Shown: positions 11,318-21,345 of the stretch, one piece after another | Position numbering within the stretch: position 1 is the stretch's first letter | How the letters are laid out: each line of letters starts with the position of its first letter | NCBI GenBank assembly: GCA_027492875.1 | Contig: JAPUDV010000078.1 | Coordinates: 665-64,664, forward strand | Direction: 5' to 3' | DNA length: 64,000 nt | Origin: Candidatus Competibacteraceae bacterium | GTDB taxonomy: Bacteria; Pseudomonadota; Gammaproteobacteria; Competibacterales; Competibacteraceae | Notes under the pieces: model-generated | Database searches by the model: none | What the model was told of the DNA's origin: nothing | Seen by the model: only the letters and a program-made list of their open reading frames with translations | Made by a program: the position numbers and the translations under genes

Positions 11318-14017
11318 TCAAGGCAGTTCCCGCACCAAACGAAACCCCAGGAAGTAATCCCGGAAATCGGGGTCGTTGCGATGCCGGTCGGCCGAACGCA
11401 CGTTGCGCGGCTCGTCGTTCCAGGACCCGCCGCGCACCACGAACTGGCGTTCCGCCGCGGGTTCCTCGCAACTTTGGAGAGGCGCCTGGGGATCCTCGCT
11501 GTAGAGCGAACAGGTCCATTCCAGCACGTTGCCGGCCATGTCGTGCAAGCCGAAGTCGTTGCTCCGATAGCTGCCGACCGGCGCCGTGTAGACTTCGCCA
11601 TCGCGACAATTCATCACCGTCCAGCCGACAAAAACCCGCCTGCCGTCCAAATCGGCGGCGTTGGCGTAGGCGCAGCCACGGTCGGGGTCGTCGCCCCAGT
11701 AACGGCTGGTTCTCGTCCCGGCGCGCGCCGCGTATTCCCACTCCGCCTCGGTGGGCAAGCGGTAGCGCTGGCCGGTCTGCTGGGACAGCCACCCAGCATA
11801 GGCCATGGCGTCCCGCCAGCTTACATTGATCACCGGACGCCGGCTGCGTCCCCAACTCTGATCGGGGGGCAACAGGCGCCCCGTCATCGTCGCGAAGCGG
11901 TCGTATTCATAAAACATCACCTCATATTTGCCGATGGCGAAGGGTTTCGCAATCCGCACCGGGTGCTGCGGCTCGTCGTTGTAACGACCCTTCTCACCGG
12001 CAGGGGATCCCATCAGGAATCCACCGGCCGGGATCACCACCATTTCTGGACCTTGCGAGCCATCGTTCAGCCGGTCCCGCATCACCGGGTTGGCCGGAGC
12101 CAGTCGGGCCAGCGCGGTCTCGGCCTCGGCCCGGTGGCGACAGGTCGCCGCGCAGCGATCCAGATAGTCCCAATACGCCTCGCGGGTGTTGGCGCGCTGG
12201 GCGGTGGCGAAGACGTTGGCATCCAGACGCCGGGCCTTGTCCGCACCTTCGGCTTCCGCCAACATTCGGGCCAGATCCGCCCGTTCGGGCGGGGAGGGCC
12301 GCATCGATTCGATCTTTCCGAACCATGTGCGGGCCTCGTCCAACTCCGACCGATCCAGGCTGGCCCGTACCCGCGCCGCCCAGACGAGCGCCACCCGCCG
12401 CCGTCCGGCCGCGATGAACGGATCGTCCGGCGTTAGCTTCGCCAGCGTATCCAGTTCGGCCAGGGCTTGCTCGCCCTGACCACCGCCGCTTTCCTGCTCC
12501 AGACCTTGCGCCAGCGTTTCGAACCTCGCCTTAAGTTCGTCGGCTTTCTGCCGGGTTTCCAGATCCAGGATGGCCTTTCGCGCTTCCTTTTCGTAGCCGC
12601 AGCGCGGGCAACGTTGCAGGTAAAGCCGGTAGGCCAGCAGGGTGTTCACCCGTCTGGCGGCTTCAAAAGCACGCAGGTCGGTGGCGCTTTCCGCCTCGCG
12701 CAAAGAAGCGGCCAGGTTAGTGGCCGGCGGCGATGTTACCGCTTCCCGAACGGTTTCGCCGGTGGCGACCCGCTCCGGCTGACCGGATTCGGGCGCTCTG
12801 TCCGGCCGCATGGTCAGCCAGAAAATCGCCAGGGCGGCGATCAAGCCTAAACCCGGCACCAGCATCCAGCGGGATCTCAGAAACGAACCCAGCCCCTGGC
12901 GCGCCACCACCGTCGGCTGCTGCGCCGCGTCCAGGGCGCCGATGAACTTGCCGGCTTCGGTCGGACACAGCTCGCTGGGATAGGCCAGACCCCGCCGCAG
13001 GACGCGCCAGGCGTCGTCCCCCAGCTCCGGCGGGCGCGGCACCATGTTGGGCGAATCCCCCTGGGCCTCATAGGCGCTCCGCCCGGTCAGCGCCTGATAA
13101 ACCAATAGCGCCAAGGCGTACACATCGCGGCGGAAGGCGATGCTGGCGGCGACCGATTCCACCGCGCCCTCGGCGACCATCTCCCCGGCCAACCTACCCG
13201 TGTTGAACAGGACGCCGTGCGGCTCCCGCGGTTCGGTCGCCAACCCAAACCCCAACAGTTTCATCTCCCCCTGGTTGGAGAAAAATATCATGTCGGCGTC
13301 GAGGTGCTGGTGGGGCAAGCGATGCTCCTGCCGGGCGTAATCCAGAGCGGCCGCCACCGGACCGAACCATTTCAGCACCGTTTCCAAAGGCAGACCGTTT
13401 TGCCCCTGCTCCCGCAGCAGTTGACCGAGCGTGTGCCCCTGTCGGTGATCGACGTACTCCATCTCGGCGAACGCCCAGCCATCGGCGCCGTGCCGCCAGC
13501 CCTCGGTGCGTGCGATGTTCGGATGCGCGAGTTTCGCAGCCTGTTCCACCCGGGTCCTAACTCTGGTCAGATAGGCGCGCAAGCCGATCAGATCTGCCCG
13601 CAGCGCCCGTTCGTCGCGTTCGGATTCACGCGGGCCGGACAGGGAGCCGGCCGGCAAAAAGATCTTGATGGCGCGAAAATCGCCGTCCGCGCCGTCGCCG
13701 CTCTTCGGTTCCGGCGTCGCGATGCGCGCCAGCCATATCCGCCCCCGACCGCTGAGATCATGCAACAACCGGACCCGTCGCTCGGCGGGTCCGATCATCA
13801 TCCCGGTTTCCAGGGTTTCCAAATCCCGCGGCTGCCGGTCGACCCCCGACTCGACGCCGACCGTCAGGCCACCTACCCCAGACAGAACCCCATCGGCGTG
13901 ACCCTCCGATGTCGCCTCCCGCAACAAGGCCTCTTGGCGGCGCGCCAGCTCGGCCTCGTCCAACCGGCCGGCGGCATATGCTTCCGCAAGTTCTTCAAGA
14001 CGCGTTTCAATGTTCAT
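11318..14017 (-). CDS. SHOCT + kinase-like (pseudokinase) + TM + helical repeats + FGE-sulfatase domain protein
   Basis: N-terminal LEELAEAYAAGRLDEAELARRQEALL (SHOCT-like); AIK, HPNI, EMEY; HQHLD and GFG in place of HRD and DFG; TM LVPGLGLIAALAIFWL; FGE motifs GPEMVVIPAGGFLMGS...RGGSW...GFRLV. Confidence 0.85.
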   Translation of the reverse strand: MNIETRLEELAEAYAAGRLDEAELARRQEALLREATSEGHADGVLSGVGGLTVGVESGVDRQPRDLETLETGMMIGPAERRVRLLHDLSGRGRIWLARIATPEPKSGDGADGDFRAIKIFLPAGSLSGPRESERDERALRADLIGLRAYLTRVRTRVEQAAKLAHPNIARTEGWRHGADGWAFAEMEYVDHRQGHTLGQLLREQGQNGLPLETVLKWFGPVAAALDYARQEHRLPHQHLDADMIFFSNQGEMKLLGFGLATEPREPHGVLFNTGRLAGEMVAEGAVESVAASIAFRRDVYALALLVYQALTGRSAYEAQGDSPNMVPRPPELGDDAWRVLRRGLAYPSELCPTEAGKFIGALDAAQQPTVVARQGLGSFLRSRWMLVPGLGLIAALAIFWLTMRPDRAPESGQPERVATGETVREAVTSPPATNLAASLREAESATDLRAFEAARRVNTLLAYRLYLQRCPRCGYEKEARKAILDLETRQKADELKARFETLAQGLEQESGGGQGEQALAELDTLAKLTPDDPFIAAGRRRVALVWAARVRASLDRSELDEARTWFGKIESMRPSPPERADLARMLAEAEGADKARRLDANVFATAQRANTREAYWDYLDRCAATCRHRAEAETALARLAPANPVMRDRLNDGSQGPEMVVIPAGGFLMGSPAGEKGRYNDEPQHPVRIAKPFAIGKYEVMFYEYDRFATMTGRLLPPDQSWGRSRRPVINVSWRDAMAYAGWLSQQTGQRYRLPTEAEWEYAARAGTRTSRYWGDDPDRGCAYANAADLDGRRVFVGWTVMNCRDGEVYTAPVGSYRSNDFGLHDMAGNVLEWTCSLYSEDPQAPLQSCEEPAAERQFVVRGGSWNDEPRNVRSADRHRNDPDFRDYFLGFRLVRELP

Positions 14018-14188
14018 AACATACTGATTTGCCGTGCAATTCTGAAGATTTGTTTGAATTGGAAACCATAAACTGCATTATGGCCTAGTTTAGCAGAACG
14101 ATGAAATCGCCTGATGCTCTCTCAAAAGAGATTCCATGGAGTTCCATTGGGCACCGGTTGTAACATACCGAGGGTGGTGTCCCTTTCC

Positions 14189-15274
14189 ATGACCGACTCT
14201 AAACTACAGATGCGCACGCACACCGACCCTTCCATCATGAATCCGGCCGACGCCCACGATCAGCTGCCGTATACCATGGCTCTTCCACGTCATCTCGATT
14301 CCGGAGATCCCTCGCCGGAACTCGCCTGCAAAGACGAGGTTTCGCTGGAAATCGCCGTGCGCTCGCTGCGTTCGCCCACCGGCCAGGGCCGCCGCGAAAA
14401 TCAGGATAATTTTCTGACCGTGGACGGTCTGGGCCAAGCCCGCCTGCTGTGGCGCGAACAGGAAACCCGGTTGCGGCTGGCCGACTGGCCGGCCGGACAC
14501 CGGCGACTGGCCGTGCTCGACGGCATGGGTGGTCATAGCCACGGTCGGGAAGCGGCCGAAAAAGCTATCGAAGGGTTGCTCGGCCTGCCGGCGACCGCCG
14601 GTCTCGCCCGACTCTCCGAAACCCTGAATGCCCTGCACCAGCAGCTTTATCAGGAATTTCACAAGGCAGGGCTGGAAACCGGTTGTACCCTGGTACTGCT
14701 GGAAATCCCCCCTCAAGGTCCCGCCATGCTGTTTCACGTCGGCGATTCGCGGTTGTACGCCATCGACGAACATCGGGTCCAATGTTTGACCGTGGATCAC
14801 GTTCCGGCCACTCACTTGGCGATGCTCGGTCTGCTGAACGGCGCCCAATGGCTCCAGCAGGTCCACATTCAAACCAGTTCCCAAATCAGCCAGGCGTTCA
14901 TTCTCGGCAGCACCCTGGGCGTGCCGCATCTTTACGCGGAGAGTATCGACCCTGAGTTGTACGAACTGCACGAAGGCAATTTGCCTCTCTTTCTAAGAGG
15001 GCTGGGCGACCGCCGCGCCCTGACGCTGGAACCGGGTTGGGTTTACCTGCTCGCCAGCGACGGTCTCTGGCACCTGACCAGCCCGCAGGCCTTCATCCAG
15101 CGTTGGCCGGCGCTGCTGGCGCAACCGCAACGCCCCTTGGAAGAACTGATCGACGAGTTACTGAACATTTTGGCCGAAACCATCCACCAGCAACGCAGCC
15201 TGCCCGACGATAACTGCACGGTTATCCTGGTCCGCAAACCCCTTCAGACCGCGTTTCGCCAAGCTAGCCCCTAA
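14189..15274 (+). CDS. PP2C-family Ser/Thr phosphatase
   Basis: ENQD, AVLDGMGGH, HVGDSRLY, LASDGLW and DDNCT metal-binding motifs all intact; start codon uncertain (14114/14189/14237). Confidence 0.9.
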   Translation: MTDSKLQMRTHTDPSIMNPADAHDQLPYTMALPRHLDSGDPSPELACKDEVSLEIAVRSLRSPTGQGRRENQDNFLTVDGLGQARLLWREQETRLRLADWPAGHRRLAVLDGMGGHSHGREAAEKAIEGLLGLPATAGLARLSETLNALHQQLYQEFHKAGLETGCTLVLLEIPPQGPAMLFHVGDSRLYAIDEHRVQCLTVDHVPATHLAMLGLLNGAQWLQQVHIQTSSQISQAFILGSTLGVPHLYAESIDPELYELHEGNLPLFLRGLGDRRALTLEPGWVYLLASDGLWHLTSPQAFIQRWPALLAQPQRPLEELIDELLNILAETIHQQRSLPDDNCTVILVRKPLQTAFRQASP

Positions 15275-15297
15275 GCTGCCGCATCGAGGACCCACGA

Positions 15298-15666
15298 TTG
15301 AAGATCCGGCATATCTTGTTTCTGTTCCTGGCCCTGTCGGCGATTGCCTTCATGCAGCCGCTCGTCTCCCTTCTGGGCGCGCTAACCCTGCTAATGGGCG
15401 TGGGGGCTTTGATTTATCGGGATCTATCACCGGCCGCGCAGAACGCCGTGGAGCGCCAGGTGCTCGGCTGGTTGCGCCGGATCCGCGCCGGCCCAGCGGC
15501 GGAAAACAGCTCATCGCCGTTCTCCCTCCGGCGGTTGTCGGCTGCTTTGCCCGAGGCCAGCCTACCCGCCGAACGGGTCCGCCGCACTCGAACCAGGGCC
15601 TCCGGCCCGGCGACCGCCTCGCCGCCACGGGCATCCGATCCGACCGATGGCCCACCGGCGGTTTGA
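15298..15666 (+). CDS. Hypothetical membrane protein with Ser/Thr/Pro/Arg-rich tail
   Basis: TTG start 23 bp after the PP2C stop; two hydrophobic N-terminal segments then a low-complexity tail. Confidence 0.6.
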   Translation: MKIRHILFLFLALSAIAFMQPLVSLLGALTLLMGVGALIYRDLSPAAQNAVERQVLGWLRRIRAGPAAENSSSPFSLRRLSAALPEASLPAERVRRTRTRASGPATASPPRASDPTDGPPAV

Positions 15667-15735
15667 GAGGCCGTACAAAACGCTCCAAAGTTACGGTTCC
15701 TGTCCGCCGATCCCGACAAAAGCGGCCGCTTAGCG

Positions 15736-15996
15736 TCAGGCCGATGCCCGAGCCTGCGCCATTCCGCGTAAAATCGTATAAATCTCGTCCTTGAGATGCA
15801 GTCTTTGCTTCTTAAGATCTTCCGTGTAGAAATCCGAGGGTGTTTCGATCTGCAGTTCGATGCGTTCCACTTCACTGTTGATCCCATGGTATTCGTCGTA
15901 CAGTTCGGCGAACCTGGGATCGGCGGCCTTCAGTTCGGCGATTCGGTCCTTGTATTCGGGAAATTCGTGGAACAGATCGTGGCTCTCTCCAAGCAT
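15736..15996 (-). CDS. DUF465/YdcH-family small protein
   Basis: HDLFHEFPEYKDRIAELKAADPRFAELYDEYH...LKKQRLHLKDEIY; GAGGA RBS. Confidence 0.88.
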   Translation of the reverse strand: MLGESHDLFHEFPEYKDRIAELKAADPRFAELYDEYHGINSEVERIELQIETPSDFYTEDLKKQRLHLKDEIYTILRGMAQARASA

Positions 15997-16205
15997 CGGG
16001 TTATCCTCCTCATCATGGTTTTATTGTGGACAGATGAATATTTGATGAAAGTTGAGTATAAAAGCATCGTGCGCCGTTCGTCAGCACCCGAAGCGCTGGA
16101 GGTCCAGGCTCCACACGGCCGCGCCGAAGTCCGCCGCGCCATCGCCGACGGCCAGAAGCCACCACCCGCAAGCCAGTTATTCAAATGAATCGAAAGATCC
16201 GTCCC

Positions 16206-16367
16206 ATGAAACACAAATCCGCCGGCTCGATTCTGCTGTTGTCTGTATCCCTGTGCCTGATCGGCGTTAGTCTGGTCGGCTATAACACCGTCAAGGGGGC
16301 CGGTCAGGATCTGAAGTCGGCCGGTCAGGCCATCGAACGCAAGGCCGAGCAGAAAAAGTCTTACTGA
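16206..16367 (+). CDS. Entericidin A/B-family peptide with lipobox Cys replaced by Tyr
   Basis: NTVKGAGQDLKSAGQAIERKA entericidin signature; LVGY where LxGC is expected. Confidence 0.8.
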   Translation: MKHKSAGSILLLSVSLCLIGVSLVGYNTVKGAGQDLKSAGQAIERKAEQKKSY

Positions 16368-16432
16368 CCCAGCCGCGCGGTCAACCCGCGTGGCCACCAC
16401 CGCAGCGATTCATAAAGCCTGCCACGAATGGC

Positions 16433-16473
16433 TGGGGCGGCCCTGGTACGCCGCGCGGTATCAAGCCGCCCCA
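16433..16473. terminator. Stem-loop between the convergent entericidin gene and pgi
   Basis: TGGGGCGGC (16433-16441) / GCCGCCCCA (16465-16473) 9-bp inverted repeat. Confidence 0.45.
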
Positions 16474-16479
16474 CGAACA

Positions 16480-18120
16480 TCAATCCTCCTCGTGGCAGAA
16501 ATTAATCAGACCCAGGGTAGAGGCATCGTGTCCGGCCGCCGGCCGCTCGCCCTTCAACTCCGGCAGGATGGCGTTGGCCAGTTGCTTGCCCAATTCCACG
16601 CCCCATTGATCGAAGGAATTGATGTTCCAGATCGCTCCCTGGGCGAATACCTTATGCTCGTACAGCGCCAGCAGCGCGCCCAGCACCTGAGGAGTCAAAC
16701 GATGGTAGAACAGGCTGGTGCTCGGCCGGTTGCCAGGGAAAACCTTATAGGGCAATAACTGCTCCAGCGCCTCGCCGCTCAATCCCTGCTTTTCCAGTTC
16801 GGCGCGGGCCTGCGCCTCGGTCTTGCCGACCATCAACGCCTCGGCCTGGGCCAGGCAATTGGCCAGCAGGATCGGGTGATGGTCGCCGATGGGATTCGGG
16901 CTGTGCGCGGGGGCGAGAAAATCCGCCGGCACCAGATGCGTGCCCTGATGCAGCAGTTGGTAAAACGCATGCTGGCCGTTGTTTCCCAGACCGCCCCACA
17001 GAATCGGCCCGGTCTTGACCTGGACCGCCTGCCCGTCCCGATCGATGGACTTGCCGTTGCTCTCCATGTCCAGTTGTTGCAGATAGTCGGGCAGCGAGCG
17101 CAGATAATCGTCGTAAACCAGCGTCACCTGGCTGTCGGCGCCGAAAAAGTCGATATACCAGACCCCCAGCAACGCCAGGATCATCGGCAGATTTTCCTCC
17201 GGCGGCGCGGTACGGAAGTGCTCGTCCATTTCGTGCGCGCCTTCGAGCAGTTCGGTGAAATGCTCCACGCCGAGATAAACCATGATCGGCAGGCCGATGG
17301 CCGACCACAGTGAATAGCGCCCGCCGACCCAGTCCCAGAATTCGAACATGTTGGCGGTGTCGATGCCGAATTTGCTCACCCCCGCAGCGTTGGTGGACAC
17401 CGCCACGAAGTGCTTGGCCACCGCCGCCTCGTCGCCCAGCTCCTTGACCAGCCAAGCGCGGGCGGTATGCGCATTGGTCATGGTCTCCTGAGTGGTGAAG
17501 GTCTTGGAGGCGATGATGAACAGCGTGCTTTCCGGATCGCAATCGGCCAACACATGGCTGATGTGCGCGCCGTCCACGTTGGAGACGAAGTGCATCCGCA
17601 AGGTCGGATCGCCGTAGGGCTCCAGCGCTTGGCAAATCATCTTCGGCCCGAGATCGGAGCCACCGATGCCGACGTTGACCACGTCGCGGATGCGCTTGCC
17701 GGTGTGGCCGCGCCACTTGCCGCGCCGGACCTGCTCGGAGAATTTGCGCATGTGCTCCAGCACGTCGTTCACGCCCGGCATCACGTCCTGCCCGTTGACC
17801 GGGATCGGCCGGTCGCCGCGATTGCGCAGGGCGGCGTGCAGCACGGAGCGGCGCTCGGTGTGGTTGATCATTTCACCGTTGAACATCCGCTCGGCCCAGG
17901 CGGGCACCTGCGCCTGACGGGCCAGCTCGGCCAGCAGGCGCACGGTTTCCTCGGTGATGCGGTGTTTGGAAAAATCGACCAGCAGATCGCCGAACCGACG
18001 GGAGAACCTGGCGAAACGCCCGGGGTCGGCGGCGAACAAATCGCGCAGATGCAGGTCGGCGATAGCGGCATGATGGGCTTTCAGTTCTTGCCAGACCGGC
18101 AAATTGCTGGGAACGGACAT
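16480..18120 (-). CDS. pgi: Glucose-6-phosphate isomerase
   Basis: [50 protein letters not shown]. Confidence 0.98.
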   Translation of the reverse strand: MSVPSNLPVWQELKAHHAAIADLHLRDLFAADPGRFARFSRRFGDLLVDFSKHRITEETVRLLAELARQAQVPAWAERMFNGEMINHTERRSVLHAALRNRGDRPIPVNGQDVMPGVNDVLEHMRKFSEQVRRGKWRGHTGKRIRDVVNVGIGGSDLGPKMICQALEPYGDPTLRMHFVSNVDGAHISHVLADCDPESTLFIIASKTFTTQETMTNAHTARAWLVKELGDEAAVAKHFVAVSTNAAGVSKFGIDTANMFEFWDWVGGRYSLWSAIGLPIMVYLGVEHFTELLEGAHEMDEHFRTAPPEENLPMILALLGVWYIDFFGADSQVTLVYDDYLRSLPDYLQQLDMESNGKSIDRDGQAVQVKTGPILWGGLGNNGQHAFYQLLHQGTHLVPADFLAPAHSPNPIGDHHPILLANCLAQAEALMVGKTEAQARAELEKQGLSGEALEQLLPYKVFPGNRPSTSLFYHRLTPQVLGALLALYEHKVFAQGAIWNINSFDQWGVELGKQLANAILPELKGERPAAGHDASTLGLINFCHEED

Positions 18121-18388
18121 GGACAGCTTCCTTATGTTAAGTGCTGACGAAACCGGATGAAGAGCTGGGCCGAGCGCCGGCCGGTGACACGCGCCGCCGC
18201 GGGCGGGACTCCTGGGTTACTATAGTTTCCGCCAGGGGGGCTGTCGAATCGCGCGGCTTCGGCGTGCCACGCAGTCGCGTCGGGTGAACCCGACGCGCCG
18301 TTTCGCCACTAATCGCACTGAAGCCGGCCCGTCCGCCGCGCGGTCTCCGGCACACCGTTTCCATCCGACTTCAAGGAACCAACCATCC

Positions 18389-21217
18389 ATGGCGACCTCC
18401 TCCGACAAACCGTTGCGCGAACGCGTCAAACTGCTGGGCCGAATGCTGGGCGAAACCCTGCGCGACCGAGAAGGCCGTCATGTGCTGGACGCGGTGGAAA
18501 CCCTGCGCAAGGGCTTCACCGATCTGCGCCGCCAGTCCGGCTCCGCGCCGGAGATCCGCGAGCGGCTGATGCGCTTCATCGCCGCGCTGAACCCGGAGAT
18601 GCTGAACCACGTGGTGCGCGCCTTCAGCGCCTACTTCAGCCTCGCCAATATCGCCGAGGAATCGTTCCAGCACCAGCAGCGCCGCGAGCAGGTCCGCCGC
18701 GGCGAGCCGCTGTGGCGCGGCTCCTTCGACGAGACGCTGCGCACCCTGCACGCCGCCGGCATCCATGCCGCCCAGTTACAGGCTCTGCTGGACCGGATCT
18801 GCTTTACGCCGGTGTTCACCGCCCACCCGACCGAAGCCAAGCGCCGGGTGCTGCTCGGCGCGCAGCGCCGCGTTTTCCTGACCAACGGCCAGCTCGACGA
18901 TCCGGCGCTCAACCCCTTACAGCGGGACGAAGTACTGGAGGAACTGCGCAGCCAGATTCAGATCCTGTGGCATACCGACGAGGTGCGCGCCTACAAACCG
19001 CAAGTGCGCGACGAGATCAAGAACGGCCTCTACTACTTTCGGGAATCGATCTTCCACGCCCTGCCGGCGCTCTATCGCAACCTGGAGCGGGCGTTGAACG
19101 CCGTCTACGGCGACGAAGGTGGCAAGGCGGCGGTGCGAATCCCCTGCCTGCTGCGCTTTGGCTCGTGGATCGGTGGCGACCGCGACGGCAACCCCTTCGT
19201 CACCCCCGACACCACCGCCTTGGCCGCTCGCCTGCAAGCCCAGGAGATTCTGCGCGAATATTTACGCCGGATCGAGGATCTGAACCGGCGGCTGACCTAT
19301 TCCGGCTCGCTGGTCACTCCTTCGCCGCCGTTCATCGCCAACCTGGACGCGGACTTGCAGCGCATGGCCGAAATCTTCCACGACACGCCGCGGCAATACG
19401 CGCAAGAGCCGTACCGGCGCAAGCTGTTCCTGATCCACCACCGGCTGCAACACAACCTCGACCGCATCCGCGCCCGCATCGACGGTCGCCCGGACAAGAT
19501 TCCCACGCCGTTCTGGGGTTACGACTCCGAGCGGGAGTTTGTCGAGGAACTTCATACCATCCGCGATTCGCTGATCGCCCATGGCGACGGCGCGGTCGCC
19601 GAGCGCGAACTCAAGGACCTGATCCGGCTGGCGGAAACCTTCGGCTTCCACCTGGCCGCGCTGGACGTGCGGCAGGAATCGGGCCGGCATACGGCAGCGG
19701 TGGCGGAAATCTTCACTATGGCGCCTAACCTGCCGGACTACGCCGCCCTGACCGAGGAAGAACGCTTGCAGGCGCTCGGCGAGCTGCTGGCCCGGCCGGG
19801 CACGCCGCTGCTGTACTGCGACTCGCTCAGCCCCGCGACTCGTGAAACCCTGGAAGTCTTCCAGGTCATGGCGCGGACGCGCGCGGAAATCAGCCCGCGA
19901 GCCTTCGACAATTACGTCATTTCCATGACCCACGAAGCCAGCCATGTACTGGAGGTGCTGTTCCTGGCCAGCTTCGCCGGTCTGGCCGGACGCCGCGCCG
20001 ACGGCGGCTGGCACTGCGACATCCGCGTCGCTCCCCTGTTCGAAACCATCGCCGATCTGAACCGGGTCGAGACCCTGCTGACCCGGTTGCTGGATCAGCC
20101 AGCCTACCAGGCACTGCTGGCGGCGACCGGCGAGGTACAGGACGTCATGGTGGGCTACTCCGATTCCTGCAAGGACGGCGGCATCCTGGCGTCCAACTGG
20201 GGGCTGTATCAGGCGCAGCAACGGGCGGTGGCTCTGGCGGCGGCGCGCGGTTTCGACTGCCGCCTGTTCCACGGGCGAGGCGGCACGGTGGGACGCGGTG
20301 GCGGCCCGGTCCACGACGCCATCCTGTCCCAGCCGCCGGGCACGGTGCGCGGCCAGATCAAGATCACCGAACAGGGCGAAGTGCTGTCTTTCAAGTACCA
20401 GAACCTGGAAACCGCCGTTTACGAGCTGACGCTCGGCATCACCGGCCTGATGAAAGCCAGCCGCCACCTGATCCAGGAAGTACCGGGCGACCCGCCGGAA
20501 GCGATGGCGGTCATGGCCGAACTGGCTCGACACGGCGAGGCCGCCTATCGCGATCTCACCGAACGAACGCCCGGCTTCATCGATTATTTCTACACCGCCA
20601 CGCCGGTCACCGAGATCGGCCAGCTCAACATCGGCTCGCGACCCTCGCACCGCGCCCAGGGCGACCGCTCCAAATATTCGGTGCGGGCGATTCCCTGGAT
20701 GTTCGGCTGGGGCCTGGCGCGACATACCCTGCCCGGCTGGTACGGCATCGGCGGCGCGCTAGCGGCCTGGCGCGGCGACGACCCCGAGCGGCTGGCAGTG
20801 TTGCGAAAGCTGTATCGGGAATGGCCGTTCTTTCACGCCCTGCTCAACAACAGCCAGATGTCGCTGAGAAAGGCGGACCCGGACATCGCCCACGAATACG
20901 CCCGGCTGTGCGAGGGCGATGAAACCATGCACGGCATTTACGAACGGTTCCGGGCGGAATACGAACGAACCTGCCAGGAAATTCTGGCGGTGGCGCAAGT
21001 CGCGACGCTGCTGGAGGAAAATCCGGTGCTGGCCAAATCGCTGGACCGGCGCGACCCTTACCTGAACCCGCTCAATCACATCCAGGTCACGCTGCTCCGC
21101 CGCTACCGGAAGGCGCTTCGGGAACAGGGCGCCGACTCGCCCGAGGCGGAAACCTGGCTGCGGCCCCTGCTGCGGTCCATCAACGCGCTGGCGGCGGGAT
21201 TGCGGAATACCGGGTGA
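18389..21217 (+). CDS. ppc: Phosphoenolpyruvate carboxylase
   Basis: VFTAHPTE, SWIGGDRDGNP, VMVGYSDSCKDGG, FHGRGGTVGRGGG, RAIPW, GLRNTG. Confidence 0.97.
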   Translation: MATSSDKPLRERVKLLGRMLGETLRDREGRHVLDAVETLRKGFTDLRRQSGSAPEIRERLMRFIAALNPEMLNHVVRAFSAYFSLANIAEESFQHQQRREQVRRGEPLWRGSFDETLRTLHAAGIHAAQLQALLDRICFTPVFTAHPTEAKRRVLLGAQRRVFLTNGQLDDPALNPLQRDEVLEELRSQIQILWHTDEVRAYKPQVRDEIKNGLYYFRESIFHALPALYRNLERALNAVYGDEGGKAAVRIPCLLRFGSWIGGDRDGNPFVTPDTTALAARLQAQEILREYLRRIEDLNRRLTYSGSLVTPSPPFIANLDADLQRMAEIFHDTPRQYAQEPYRRKLFLIHHRLQHNLDRIRARIDGRPDKIPTPFWGYDSEREFVEELHTIRDSLIAHGDGAVAERELKDLIRLAETFGFHLAALDVRQESGRHTAAVAEIFTMAPNLPDYAALTEEERLQALGELLARPGTPLLYCDSLSPATRETLEVFQVMARTRAEISPRAFDNYVISMTHEASHVLEVLFLASFAGLAGRRADGGWHCDIRVAPLFETIADLNRVETLLTRLLDQPAYQALLAATGEVQDVMVGYSDSCKDGGILASNWGLYQAQQRAVALAAARGFDCRLFHGRGGTVGRGGGPVHDAILSQPPGTVRGQIKITEQGEVLSFKYQNLETAVYELTLGITGLMKASRHLIQEVPGDPPEAMAVMAELARHGEAAYRDLTERTPGFIDYFYTATPVTEIGQLNIGSRPSHRAQGDRSKYSVRAIPWMFGWGLARHTLPGWYGIGGALAAWRGDDPERLAVLRKLYREWPFFHALLNNSQMSLRKADPDIAHEYARLCEGDETMHGIYERFRAEYERTCQEILAVAQVATLLEENPVLAKSLDRRDPYLNPLNHIQVTLLRRYRKALREQGADSPEAETWLRPLLRSINALAAGLRNTG

Positions 21218-21345
21218 AAGGTAAACGCGCCAAAAAATGGCAACAAGATTGATGTTGGCTTACCAGCAGACCGCCATTGTCAACCCCTGGATTTCCTGTT
21301 TCACGGCTATTGACCGGAGCGTGCGGCCGTGAGCGGTTCCAAATC

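Noticed and set aside
10316-12436. 706 aa plus-strand ORF
   Set aside because: Antisense to the MlaE-like and pseudokinase genes; no domain signatures
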